DNA of 34,976 bases from Ramlibacter sp. (lineage in GTDB: Bacteria > Pseudomonadota > Gammaproteobacteria > Burkholderiales > Burkholderiaceae_C): assembly GCA_036733845.1 (NCBI GenBank), contig DAIMZU010000001.1, positions 1 through 34,976 on the forward strand. The letters are read 5' to 3'. Both the position numbers and the translations under genes were made by a program. A model generated the notes under the pieces. That model was given only the letters and a program-made list of their open reading frames with translations, did not search any database and was not told where the DNA came from. This document shows positions 18,360 through 26,833 of this stretch, piece by piece. Numbering within the stretch: the stretch's first letter is position 1; every line of letters starts with the position of its first letter.

Positions 18360-18574
18360 CGATTCTCCTGTTGCTTGGCGCGTGCGGCGTCGATCTCGTC
18401 GCGCGTGCGGTCGCCGACGCCCCACTGCGAGCCGGGCACCTGGGACACGAGCACGCGGATGGTGTCCATGGGCGCACCCAGGGTCCGGTGGAGCGTGGTG
18501 GCCACTTCCTTGATGCAGGTCTTGACGGTCGCTTCGTCGCGACCCTCCACGAGGGTGATCTGTACGATGGGCAA
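18356..18574 (-). CDS. dmpI: 4-oxalocrotonate (2-hydroxymuconate) tautomerase
   Basis: TTG start at 18574 behind AAGGAG. Mature sequence PIVQITLVEGR... has Pro1, Arg11 and Arg39, and Trp at position 50; 72 codons. Hidden at the end of a spurious 311-aa ORF in the track. Confidence 0.9.
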   Translation of the reverse strand: MPIVQITLVEGRDEATVKTCIKEVATTLHRTLGAPMDTIRVLVSQVPGSQWGVGDRTRDEIDAARAKQQENR

Positions 18575-18714
18575 GTTGGCTCCTTGTCGGGGGAGGGGGG
18601 AAACGCCGGGCATCAGCCAACCCCGGCTCGAGCCGGCGAGACCCGTGAGATCGGTAGTTGCCGAGAATCGCGCTGATCCACTCATTCCGTCAAATACTGA
18701 TTTGTGGTGTGGCG

Positions 18715-18729
18715 ATACCGGTTCGGTAT
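18715..18729. promoter_or_regulatory. LysR binding site ATAC-N7-GTAT (BenM/CatM type)
   Basis: ATACCG GTT CGGTAT is a perfect inverted repeat with T-N11-A, between the divergent dmpI and LysR genes. Confidence 0.8.
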
Positions 18730-18751
18730 GGTCCGGGTCCACAATACTGAA

Positions 18752-19687
18752 ATGGACCTCAAGCAAATGCACTATTTCGTGGCTGTGGCGCAGGAGGGGA
18801 GCCTCAGCCGGGCGGCGGCCCGCCTGCACATGTCCCAGCCGCCGCTGACCCGCCACATGAAGGCGCTGGAGAAAGAACTCGGTATTGCCCTGTTCGCACG
18901 CACACCCAAAGGGGTCGAACTCACGTCGGCCGGACAGGCGCTGCTCGAGGAGGCGCCGAACGTCCTGGCCCTGGCGCGTCGCGCCGCCGACCGCGCGCGC
19001 CGGGCGGGGCAGGGCATGCTGGGCCAACTCGACGTGGGCACCTTCGGATCGGGCGTCCTCAACGTCATCCCCGCGTTGCTCGCCCGGTTCCGCCGCAGCC
19101 GCCCGGACGTGACGATCCGTCTGCACAACATGACCAAGCTCGAGCAGATACAGGCGCTGCGCGAACGGCGAATCGCCATTGGTTTCAACCGGCTGGTTCC
19201 CGATGAGCCTGACCTGGTTGCGGAGACGGTCCTGCGCGAGCGCTTCCTCGTCGGCATGCCGCAGGGGCACCGCCTCTGCCGCAAGCGCCACGTCACCATT
19301 CGCGATCTCGACAGCGAACCCATGATCCTCTATCCGAACATCCCCATGGCGGGCCTGGCCCAGGAGGTGATCGGCGCTTTTCTGCGGGAGGGCGTGCGCA
19401 TCGTCATCGAGCAGGAGGTGGAGGACGCCGTCACCTGCATTGCGCTGGTGGCCAATGGCTTCGGCCTGTGCGTGACCACCGAGTCGGCGGCCAACCTTCG
19501 TCTCGCAGGGGTCGAGTTCCGGCCGCTGCAGTCCGACTCGCTCAAGGACATCGAGCTCGCCTGCCTCTACCGGCGCGGTGACGAGTCGCCCGTGCTCCAG
19601 GCATTTCTTGCCATCGCTCGCGACGCCTCGACGATCCCGCTGAGGCGCGCGGAGGGCAGCGCCACTCGAACAACGAACCTTTCGTAG
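18752..19687 (+). CDS. LysR-family regulator (BenM/CatM/CbnR-like)
   Basis: MDLKQMHYFVAVAQEGSLSRAAARLHMSQPPLTRHMKALE; divergent from the lower meta operon. Confidence 0.95.
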   Translation: MDLKQMHYFVAVAQEGSLSRAAARLHMSQPPLTRHMKALEKELGIALFARTPKGVELTSAGQALLEEAPNVLALARRAADRARRAGQGMLGQLDVGTFGSGVLNVIPALLARFRRSRPDVTIRLHNMTKLEQIQALRERRIAIGFNRLVPDEPDLVAETVLRERFLVGMPQGHRLCRKRHVTIRDLDSEPMILYPNIPMAGLAQEVIGAFLREGVRIVIEQEVEDAVTCIALVANGFGLCVTTESAANLRLAGVEFRPLQSDSLKDIELACLYRRGDESPVLQAFLAIARDASTIPLRRAEGSATRTTNLS

Positions 19688-19717
19688 TGGGGTAAAACGC
19701 TCATCGGGTTTCTACTT

Positions 19718-19746
19718 AATCGATTGCTGTGGCCAAAATCGATTTT
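19718..19746. promoter_or_regulatory. Tandem palindromes AATCGATT and AAAATCGATTTT (candidate operator)
   Basis: 8-bp palindrome at 19718-19725 and 12-bp palindrome at 19735-19746, upstream of the CDGSH-dmpC operon. Confidence 0.6.
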
Positions 19747-19788
19747 CTTCCGAATACTGCGCGTCATCGCCATTCATCGGAAGAGTCC

Positions 19789-20067
19789 GTGACAACCCCA
19801 CTTGAATCCTCGCCGGCCGACGACCTGCAACCTGTCGTCGCATCCCGTATGCCGTTCCGGATCGAACTGCTCGAAGGCTATCGCTATGCCTACTGCGCTT
19901 GCGGCATGAGCAAGAACCAGCCCTTCTGTGACGGTTCGCACACCATGCACAAGGGCGGCATCAAGCCTGTGATCTGGACGCAGGAGAAGACCGAGACCGT
20001 GCTGCTGTGCGGCTGCAAGCGGACCGGCACGGCTCCGATCTGCGACCGCAGCCACCTCAAGCTCTGA
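19789..20067 (+). CDS. Tandem CDGSH [2Fe-2S] protein (CISD3/MiNT-like)
   Basis: CACGMSKNQPFCDGSH and CGCKRTGTAPICDRSH. GTG start at 19789 preferred, but the start is uncertain. Confidence 0.88.
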   Translation: MTTPLESSPADDLQPVVASRMPFRIELLEGYRYAYCACGMSKNQPFCDGSHTMHKGGIKPVIWTQEKTETVLLCGCKRTGTAPICDRSHLKL

Positions 20068-20079
20068 ACGGGAGAATTC

Positions 20080-21591
20080 ATGCTGCCTGAACGCACCGAC
20101 GTGAGCATGAGCGCACCCCGGACGCAGTCGCCGCAGGAATGGCGTGCCTTCATCGGCGGCAGTTTCCAGGCGCCGGATCCGACGCGCTTCTTCGAGAAGG
20201 TCAGCCCCGTCGACGGCCGCCTGGTCGCCCGCGTCCAGGAGGCCTCACGCGAAGACGTCGACCGTGCCGTGCACGCCGCCCGCGCTGCGCTGTCGGGCCC
20301 CTGGGGCCGCCTGAGCGTGGCCGATCGCACCGCGATGCTGCACCGCGTCGCCGCGGAGATCGAGCGGCGTTTCGATGAGTTCGTCGCAGCCGAGGTGGCG
20401 GACACCGGCAAGCCCGTGAGCCTCGCCTCGCACCTGGACATACCGCGAGGCGCGGCCAATTTCCGGGTTTTCGCGGACATGGTCAAGAACGTCGCTTCGG
20501 AGTTCTTCGAGATGCCCACGCCGGACGGAAAGGGCGCCATCAACTACGCCGTGCGCGTGCCCAAGGGCGTCGTGGCCGTGATCTGCCCCTGGAACCTGCC
20601 GCTGTTGCTGATGACGTGGAAGGTGGCTCCGGCGCTGGCCTGCGGCAATGCGGTGGTGGTCAAGCCCAGCGAGGAGTCGCCGGCCACGGCGACGCTGCTG
20701 GCCGAAGTCATGGACAGCGTCGGTGTGCCCCCGGGTGTCTACAACGTCGTCCACGGCTTCGGCCCGGACTCAGCCGGCGAGTTTCTGACCACCCACCCGG
20801 GCGTGGACGCCGTCACCTTCACCGGCGAGACGACCACCGGAGCGGCCATCCTTCGGGCGGCCGCTGCGGGCATCAAGGCGACCTCCATGGAACTGGGCGG
20901 AAAGAATCCCGCGCTGGTGTTCGCGGACTGCAACCTCGACCTGGCCATCGAAGCCACCACGCGTTCGGTCTTCGCCAATTGCGGCCAGGTCTGCCTGGGC
21001 ACCGAGCGCGTTTACGTCGAGCGGCCGCTGTTCGAGACGTTTGTCGCAAGGCTGAAGGCTGCCGCGGAGCGCCTGCGGCCAGGGCGTCCCGAAGACGAGG
21101 GCACGGGAATCGGCCCGCTGATCTCGCGCGAGCACCAGCGCAAGGTGCTGGGCTACTACGAGCGCGCGCGCGCCGAGGGCGCCCGGGTCGTCACCGGCGG
21201 CGGCATTCCCGACATGCCCGAGGCGCTGCGCGACGGCGCGTGGGTGCAGCCCACCATCTGGACGGGGCTGCCCGAGAGCTCGTCCATCGTCCGGGAAGAA
21301 ATCTTCGGCCCCTGCTGCCACGTCACTCCCTTCGACACCGAGGAGGAGGCGATCGCCATGGCCAACGACACGCCCTATGGGCTGGCGGCCTCGGTCTATA
21401 CCACTGACCTTTCCCGCGCGCACCGCGTGCCGCGCCAGCTCGAGGTTGGCATCTGCTGGGTCAACAGCTGGTTCCTGCGTGACCTGCGCACCCCTTTCGG
21501 CGGGTCGAAGCACTCAGGCATCGGGCGCGAGGGTGGCGTGCATTCCCTCGAGTTCTATACCGAGTTGCGCAATGTCTGCGTGAAGCTTTGA
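20080..21591 (+). CDS. dmpC: 2-hydroxymuconic (or 2-aminomuconic) semialdehyde dehydrogenase
   Basis: DIPRGAANF, PWNLPLLLMTWKV, FTGETTTG, ELGGKN, NCGQVCLGTER and NSWFLRDLRTPFGG motifs. Confidence 0.95.
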   Translation: MLPERTDVSMSAPRTQSPQEWRAFIGGSFQAPDPTRFFEKVSPVDGRLVARVQEASREDVDRAVHAARAALSGPWGRLSVADRTAMLHRVAAEIERRFDEFVAAEVADTGKPVSLASHLDIPRGAANFRVFADMVKNVASEFFEMPTPDGKGAINYAVRVPKGVVAVICPWNLPLLLMTWKVAPALACGNAVVVKPSEESPATATLLAEVMDSVGVPPGVYNVVHGFGPDSAGEFLTTHPGVDAVTFTGETTTGAAILRAAAAGIKATSMELGGKNPALVFADCNLDLAIEATTRSVFANCGQVCLGTERVYVERPLFETFVARLKAAAERLRPGRPEDEGTGIGPLISREHQRKVLGYYERARAEGARVVTGGGIPDMPEALRDGAWVQPTIWTGLPESSSIVREEIFGPCCHVTPFDTEEEAIAMANDTPYGLAASVYTTDLSRAHRVPRQLEVGICWVNSWFLRDLRTPFGGSKHSGIGREGGVHSLEFYTELRNVCVKL

Positions 21592-21628
21592 TGCGGCGAC
21601 GCCCGCGAACTGAAGCAAGGAGAAACAC

Positions 21629-22312
21629 GTGATCGAGACCACCAATGTCAATGCCGACGCCAACGCCGTCGTGAATATCCAGACACGCGACATGCCCTGG
21701 GAGCCGACGGGTGTCCCGGGTGTCACCCGCAAGGTGATGGAGCGCGTCAACGACCCGCGCAAAGGGCGCGAGACGGCGCTCTTCAAGATGGAGCCGGGCG
21801 CCAGCTTTCCGCAGGAGCAACTGACGGAGCGGCTGGAATTCTTCGTCCTCGACGGCAGTGTCTCCGACGGCCTGGGCGAGTATGGCCGTCACACCTTCGT
21901 GCGCAACGTTCCCGGGGCGACCATCCAGCTGTCCTCGGCCGAGGGCTGCACGCTGTATGTCAAGCGGCGCGTGCCGATCCGTCCCACGGGCGACCAGCGC
22001 TTCGTGATCGACAGCCAGACTGCGCAATGGATGCCCTTCCCGCACCGCGGCGCCACCGTGCTCCACCTCTACCGCGACCCGCACGGCATCGAGGTGGCGC
22101 GCATCGGCCAGGTTCATCCCGACAAGAAGATTCCTTCGCACGATCACGCAATGGGCGAAGAGACACTGGTTCTCGACGGCTACCTGAGCGACGAATACAC
22201 CACCTACGAACCCGGTGCGTGGTTTCGCATGCCCATCGGTGTGCCGCATGCACCCTTCACCGGCAGCCCCGGCTGCCTGATGCTGATCCGAGAGGGAGAC
22301 CTCGTGTGGTGA
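21629..22312 (+). CDS. ChrR-like (Cupin_7) bicupin protein
   Basis: GTG start after AAGGAG. Two internal repeats (VLDGSVSDGLGEY / VLDGYLSDEYTTY). The C-terminal repeat has HDHAMGEE...PHAP; the N-terminal repeat lacks these His residues. Confidence 0.85.
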   Translation: MIETTNVNADANAVVNIQTRDMPWEPTGVPGVTRKVMERVNDPRKGRETALFKMEPGASFPQEQLTERLEFFVLDGSVSDGLGEYGRHTFVRNVPGATIQLSSAEGCTLYVKRRVPIRPTGDQRFVIDSQTAQWMPFPHRGATVLHLYRDPHGIEVARIGQVHPDKKIPSHDHAMGEETLVLDGYLSDEYTTYEPGAWFRMPIGVPHAPFTGSPGCLMLIREGDLVW

Positions 22313-23157
22313 GCGCGAGCACCCGCCCGGCGGCCAGCCCCGAAATCGGCAAGTCGGTCCTCGCTGCCGGCATCCGGACCAACTACCTGGAAGCGGGTTC
22401 CGGTGCACCGGTGGTCATGATCCATGGCTCCGGGCCCGGCGTGACGGCCTTCGCCAACTGGCGGCTTGCGATCGGCCCCCTGTCGTCGCGGTTCCGCGTC
22501 CTGGCACCCGACATCGTGGGCTTTGGCTACACCGAGCGCCCGGCCGGAGCCGAGTGGGGCATGGACCTCTGGCTGCGACACATCATCGGCTTCCTCGACG
22601 CGCTCGACTTGCCCAAGGTCCACCTGGTGGGCAATTCCTTCGGCGGGGCGCTGGCACTGGCGGTGGCGGCGCGGCATCCGGAGCGTGTTGAGCGGCTGGT
22701 GCTGATGGGCTCCGTCGGAGTGCCCTTTGCCTTGACAGAGGGATTGGACGCCGTCTGGGGCTACGAACCTGGCCTGGAGAACATGCGGCGGCTGATCGGG
22801 GTGTTCGCCCATGACGATTCGCTCATGACGGAGCAACTGGTGCAATCGCGCCACGAGGCCAGCACGCGCCCCGGCTTCCACGAGTCCTTCGCGGCCATGT
22901 TTCCGGCTCCGCGCCAGCGCCCCATCGAGCGGCTGGCGACGCCCGACGACCAGATCCGCCGTCTGACCCACGAGACCCTGGTCGTGCACGGGCGCGAGGA
23001 TCGGGTCATCCCGCTCTCGAACAGCCTGCGTCTGCACGAGCTGATCCCACGGTCACAGCTGCACGTGTTCGGGCAATGCGGCCACTGGACACAGATCGAA
23101 CACGCCGGGCGCTTCGTGCGCCTGGTCGGTGATTTCCTCGCGGAAGACAGAGCCTGA
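22309..23157 (+). CDS. dmpD: Meta-cleavage product hydrolase (2-hydroxymuconic semialdehyde hydrolase family)
   Basis: GTGA overlap with the cupin stop. HGSGPGV, GNSFGG, HGREDRVIP and CGHWTQIEH motifs (DmpD/XylF/TodF/CumD family). Confidence 0.88.
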   Translation: MSASTRPAASPEIGKSVLAAGIRTNYLEAGSGAPVVMIHGSGPGVTAFANWRLAIGPLSSRFRVLAPDIVGFGYTERPAGAEWGMDLWLRHIIGFLDALDLPKVHLVGNSFGGALALAVAARHPERVERLVLMGSVGVPFALTEGLDAVWGYEPGLENMRRLIGVFAHDDSLMTEQLVQSRHEASTRPGFHESFAAMFPAPRQRPIERLATPDDQIRRLTHETLVVHGREDRVIPLSNSLRLHELIPRSQLHVFGQCGHWTQIEHAGRFVRLVGDFLAEDRA

Positions 23158-23207
23158 AGGCCGGTCCGCACCTTCCCCACCCACCACCGAGAGACAGGAG
23201 ACACAAC

Positions 23208-24215
23208 ATGCTTTCGATTCCCAGGCTCGTCCGCACAGTCGCCGCCGCTACCGCGCTTCTGGTCGGGGCCGCGGCTCCGACATGGGCTGCCGACTTCACG
23301 ATGAAGATCGGCTTCGGCACGATGAACGACATCCAGCACCAGTGGGGTACGTGGATGAAGGAGGCCGTCGAGGCCCGTTCGAACGGAAAGATCGAGGTCC
23401 GGCTCTTTCCGCGCAATCAATTGGGCACCATCGCCAGTCAGATCGAGGGCGTGCAGCTCGGGACGGTGGAGGCCTTCACGTCGCCAGCGGACTTTTTCGT
23501 GGGGGTCGACCCGCGTTTCGGCGTCTTCAGCATTCCCATGCTGTTCAAGGACATGGAACACGCCGAGAAGACGCTCCTGGATCCCCAGCTCAATCGCGAA
23601 ATCCTCAGCCTAGGCAATGACAAGGGCATGCAGGTGCTGACGGTCTACACCTTCGCGTTCGCGAACTACTTCGGAAAGCAGCCGCTGCGCACGCTGAACG
23701 ATTTCAAGGGAAAGAAGCTCCGCGTCAACGCGACCCCTGCCGAGCGCGCCAAGATGCGGCAGCTGGGTGCGACCGCCGTTCCCATGGATCTGGCCGAGGT
23801 CGTGCCCGGCCTGCAGCAGGGCGTCATTGACGGCACCCAGAGCGCCACGGCCGTCTACGTCAACCTCAAGTTCAACGAGATCAGCAAAGCCCTGACGGAC
23901 TCCAACGACACCATGGTCGTCTCGGTGGCGGCAGTGAGCCGCGCTTTCCTGAACCGGCTTCCCGCTGACCTGCGCCAGATGGTGATTGAGGAAGGTGCCA
24001 AGCTGCAGCCGCGGATGATGGCGAGGTCCCGCGAGATCGACGGCCAGATGCGAGTCCGCTGGACCGAGCAGGGCGGCGAGTGGATCAAGTTCTCGGCCGA
24101 CGACCAGAACCGCATGCGTCAGCTGCTCGGTGGCATCGGTGAAGAGGTCACCCAGAGCAACCCGCAAGTGAACGCTTTCTACAAGCGGGTGCTCGAGACG
24201 GCCCGCAAGCACTGA
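23208..24215 (+). CDS. dctP: TRAP transporter substrate-binding protein
   Basis: Signal peptide; VEARSNGKIEVRLFP, DFKGKKLRV and LQQGVIDG motifs. Confidence 0.93.
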   Translation: MLSIPRLVRTVAAATALLVGAAAPTWAADFTMKIGFGTMNDIQHQWGTWMKEAVEARSNGKIEVRLFPRNQLGTIASQIEGVQLGTVEAFTSPADFFVGVDPRFGVFSIPMLFKDMEHAEKTLLDPQLNREILSLGNDKGMQVLTVYTFAFANYFGKQPLRTLNDFKGKKLRVNATPAERAKMRQLGATAVPMDLAEVVPGLQQGVIDGTQSATAVYVNLKFNEISKALTDSNDTMVVSVAAVSRAFLNRLPADLRQMVIEEGAKLQPRMMARSREIDGQMRVRWTEQGGEWIKFSADDQNRMRQLLGGIGEEVTQSNPQVNAFYKRVLETARKH

Positions 24216-24276
24216 TCGGCATGAGATCCGCGGGGGTGCTCCACGGCCCCCGTACTGCCAACCGGGAGGGCGACGC

Positions 24277-24774
24277 ATGAACCGCATGCTCTTTTCAACC
24301 TTGCCCCGCCACCTGCTGGCGGCGTTGATGGTCGTCGGCGTCGGCCTCAATACTGCCAACGTGGCAGGCCGCTACCTGCTTGGTGCCCCGATCTTCTGGG
24401 CCGAGGAGGTGATGGTCTACCTGATGATCTGGGGGATCTTCATCGGTCTCGTCGCGGTCACTTTCGAAGGCGAGCACATTGCCATGGACCTGATCGGCGC
24501 GCTGTTGCCTGACTGGCTGCGTGGCCTGCGGGACGCCATCGCGGCGCTGGCGATCTTCGCGTGCGCACTGTTCGTTGCCGCGCAGTCGTGGAAGGTCGTG
24601 CACATGTTCATCCAGACGGGCGGTGTGACCGCCAGCGCGGGCGTGCCCAAGGCGATTCCGCATGCGGCGATCCTGGTGGGCTTCGGCCTGGTCGCTCTGG
24701 CTGCCGTGTTGCGGATCCGTGCGTTCCACGTGGCGGCACGCGACGGAAACCTGCTGGAGAAACCCCTGCCATGA
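24277..24774 (+). CDS. dctQ: TRAP transporter small permease
   Basis: Four hydrophobic segments; RYLLGAPIFWAEEV and HIAMD motifs. Confidence 0.92.
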   Translation: MNRMLFSTLPRHLLAALMVVGVGLNTANVAGRYLLGAPIFWAEEVMVYLMIWGIFIGLVAVTFEGEHIAMDLIGALLPDWLRGLRDAIAALAIFACALFVAAQSWKVVHMFIQTGGVTASAGVPKAIPHAAILVGFGLVALAAVLRIRAFHVAARDGNLLEKPLP

Positions 24775-26045
24775 TGCTGACGCTCGGGCTCATGCCGCTA
24801 GCGCTGCTGGCTCTCGGCTTTCCTTTTTTTCTGGTTCTTCTGGCAACCGCGGCCGTTGTGGTGGCCGGGTTCGGAAGCATGCCGGCGACGGTACTGCACC
24901 AGGTCATGTTCAGCAGCATCGACAAGTTCGCGCTGCTGGCGGTCCCGTTCTTCATCTTCGCTGGCGACCTCATGGGGCGTGGCGGCGTCTCGCGCCGGTT
25001 GATCCGTTTCGTGACGGCCGCGATGGGCAGCGTACGCGGCGCAGTGCCGTTCACGGCACTCGGCACGACCGTGGCGTTCAGTGCGGTTTCCGGGTCCACG
25101 GCGGCAACGGTGGCTTCGGTCGGCAGTCTGACCTACGACCGCATGGTCGCCGACGGCTACTCGACGCGCTTTGCCTCCGGCCTGATCGTGTCTTCGGGCG
25201 CCATCGGTAATCTGATTCCGCCTTCGATCGGGTTCATTCTCTACGGCATCGCATCGGACACGTCCATCGTTCGGCTGTTCGCGGCGGGGCTGGTCCCCGG
25301 TATCTTGCTCGCGGCATTCTTTGGCGCCTACATCTGGTGGTACACCGGACGGCACGACAAGAAGCGCGGCAACCCGTTCAGCATGCGTGAGCTTTGGGCC
25401 GCCACACGGGACGGCATCTGGGCCCTGGCCGCTCCCGTGGTCGTTCTCGGTGGAATCTATGCCGGTCTGTTCTCCCCGACGGAAGCGGCCGGTATTGCGT
25501 GCATCTACGCGATTGGCGTGGTTGGCCTTGTCTACAAGGAACTCACCTGGCGTGACATCTGGCAAAGTGCGAGCCGGTCGATGTACCTCACCGCCCAGGT
25601 GCTCGTGATCGTGGCTGCCGCAGGCGTTTTTTCGTGGCTGCTCACGACCAACGGTGTCCCCCAGTGGCTGGTTTCGACCGTGACCGGTCTGGATGTCCCG
25701 CCCTGGGTCATTCTTCTGTCCATCAATCTGCTGCTGATCATGGTCGGCACGGCGTTGGACACCACGTCGGCGATTCTGGTGCTCACGCCCTTGCTGGTTC
25801 CCATCGCCCGCGCCATCGGTGTCGATCCGGTCCATTTCGGCGTCATCGTGGTTATGAACCTCAGCATCGGCACGTTCACGCCACCGTTCGGCATCAATCT
25901 GTTCGTCGGCCAGGCGATCTTCCGCATCCCGCTGTCGGAGATATGCCGTGCCACCTTGCCGTTTGTCGTCGTTGCCGTGGCGGCGTTGATGGTCGTGACC
26001 TATGTGCCGTCACTGTCTCTTACCATTCTCCGTTTCATCGGCTGA
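24771..26045 (+). CDS. dctM: TRAP transporter large permease
   Basis: ATGA overlap. LLAVPFFIFAG, SGSTAAT, LIPPSI, FSPTEAA, DPVHFG and TPPFGINLFV motifs. Confidence 0.95.
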   Translation: MMLTLGLMPLALLALGFPFFLVLLATAAVVVAGFGSMPATVLHQVMFSSIDKFALLAVPFFIFAGDLMGRGGVSRRLIRFVTAAMGSVRGAVPFTALGTTVAFSAVSGSTAATVASVGSLTYDRMVADGYSTRFASGLIVSSGAIGNLIPPSIGFILYGIASDTSIVRLFAAGLVPGILLAAFFGAYIWWYTGRHDKKRGNPFSMRELWAATRDGIWALAAPVVVLGGIYAGLFSPTEAAGIACIYAIGVVGLVYKELTWRDIWQSASRSMYLTAQVLVIVAAAGVFSWLLTTNGVPQWLVSTVTGLDVPPWVILLSINLLLIMVGTALDTTSAILVLTPLLVPIARAIGVDPVHFGVIVVMNLSIGTFTPPFGINLFVGQAIFRIPLSEICRATLPFVVVAVAALMVVTYVPSLSLTILRFIG

Positions 26046-26060
26046 TCGGATCACACTGCA

Positions 26061-26771
26061 ATGGGAACGACCTTCGCCCCTGGATCGCGGGAAACGTCCG
26101 CTTCCAGTACCCTGGCCTCGACGCTCGCATCCGATTTGCGGGAGGCGATCCTTGCGGGGCGGATGGCACCGGGCAGCAAGCTGAACCTGGACGAATTGCG
26201 CACCCATTTCGGTGTCAGCCTCTCGCCCCTGCGGGAAGCGCTCTCTCGCTTGACTGCCGAAGGGTTCGTGACCGTCGAAGAGCAGCGTGGCTATCGGGTC
26301 ACTGCTGTCTCCGAGGCGAACTGCAAGGAGGTGACCCGACTTCGCGCAGAGTTCGAGGTGCTCGCTCTGACGGAGTCGATCCGCAATGGCGACAACGAGT
26401 GGGAAGCGCGCGTTGTTGGCGCCTATCACTGGCTGGCCAAGGTCGACAACAGCACGGAGCGACTGCGAAACGTTCAGGAGTGGGAGCGCCTGCACCGTGT
26501 CTTTCACCACACGCTCGCTTCGGCTTGTGGCATGCCGCTGCTTTTGCAGTTTTGCGGGCAGTTGCACGATATGTTCGATCGCTATCGGCGGCTTTTCCTG
26601 GCCGAGCACCCGGTCGACAAGGACGTTCCAGGCGAACACCGCGCCATGATGCAGGCGGCGCTGGACCGGGATGCCCGAAAAGCCGGCAACATTCTTCGGC
26701 AGCACATCGAGCGCGTCGGAGACAACGTTCTACCGTACGTGATCCGCGGGACCGCATCCCGCGGAAGCTGA
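26061..26771 (+). CDS. GntR-family regulator (FCD domain)
   Basis: LREAILAGRMAPGSKL...GVSLSPLREALSRL HTH; HRVFHHTL and EHRAM FCD motifs. Confidence 0.93.
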   Translation: MGTTFAPGSRETSASSTLASTLASDLREAILAGRMAPGSKLNLDELRTHFGVSLSPLREALSRLTAEGFVTVEEQRGYRVTAVSEANCKEVTRLRAEFEVLALTESIRNGDNEWEARVVGAYHWLAKVDNSTERLRNVQEWERLHRVFHHTLASACGMPLLLQFCGQLHDMFDRYRRLFLAEHPVDKDVPGEHRAMMQAALDRDARKAGNILRQHIERVGDNVLPYVIRGTASRGS

Positions 26772-26833
26772 GCCTTGCTGCGGTTTCCGCGCCCATGGGC
26801 GACTCACATGACAAACGACAGGAGACACATTCA

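Noticed and set aside
24231..24252. GGGGG...CCCCC hairpin after dctP
   Set aside because: No U-tract; at most an ordinary mRNA-stabilising stem between dctP and dctQ.
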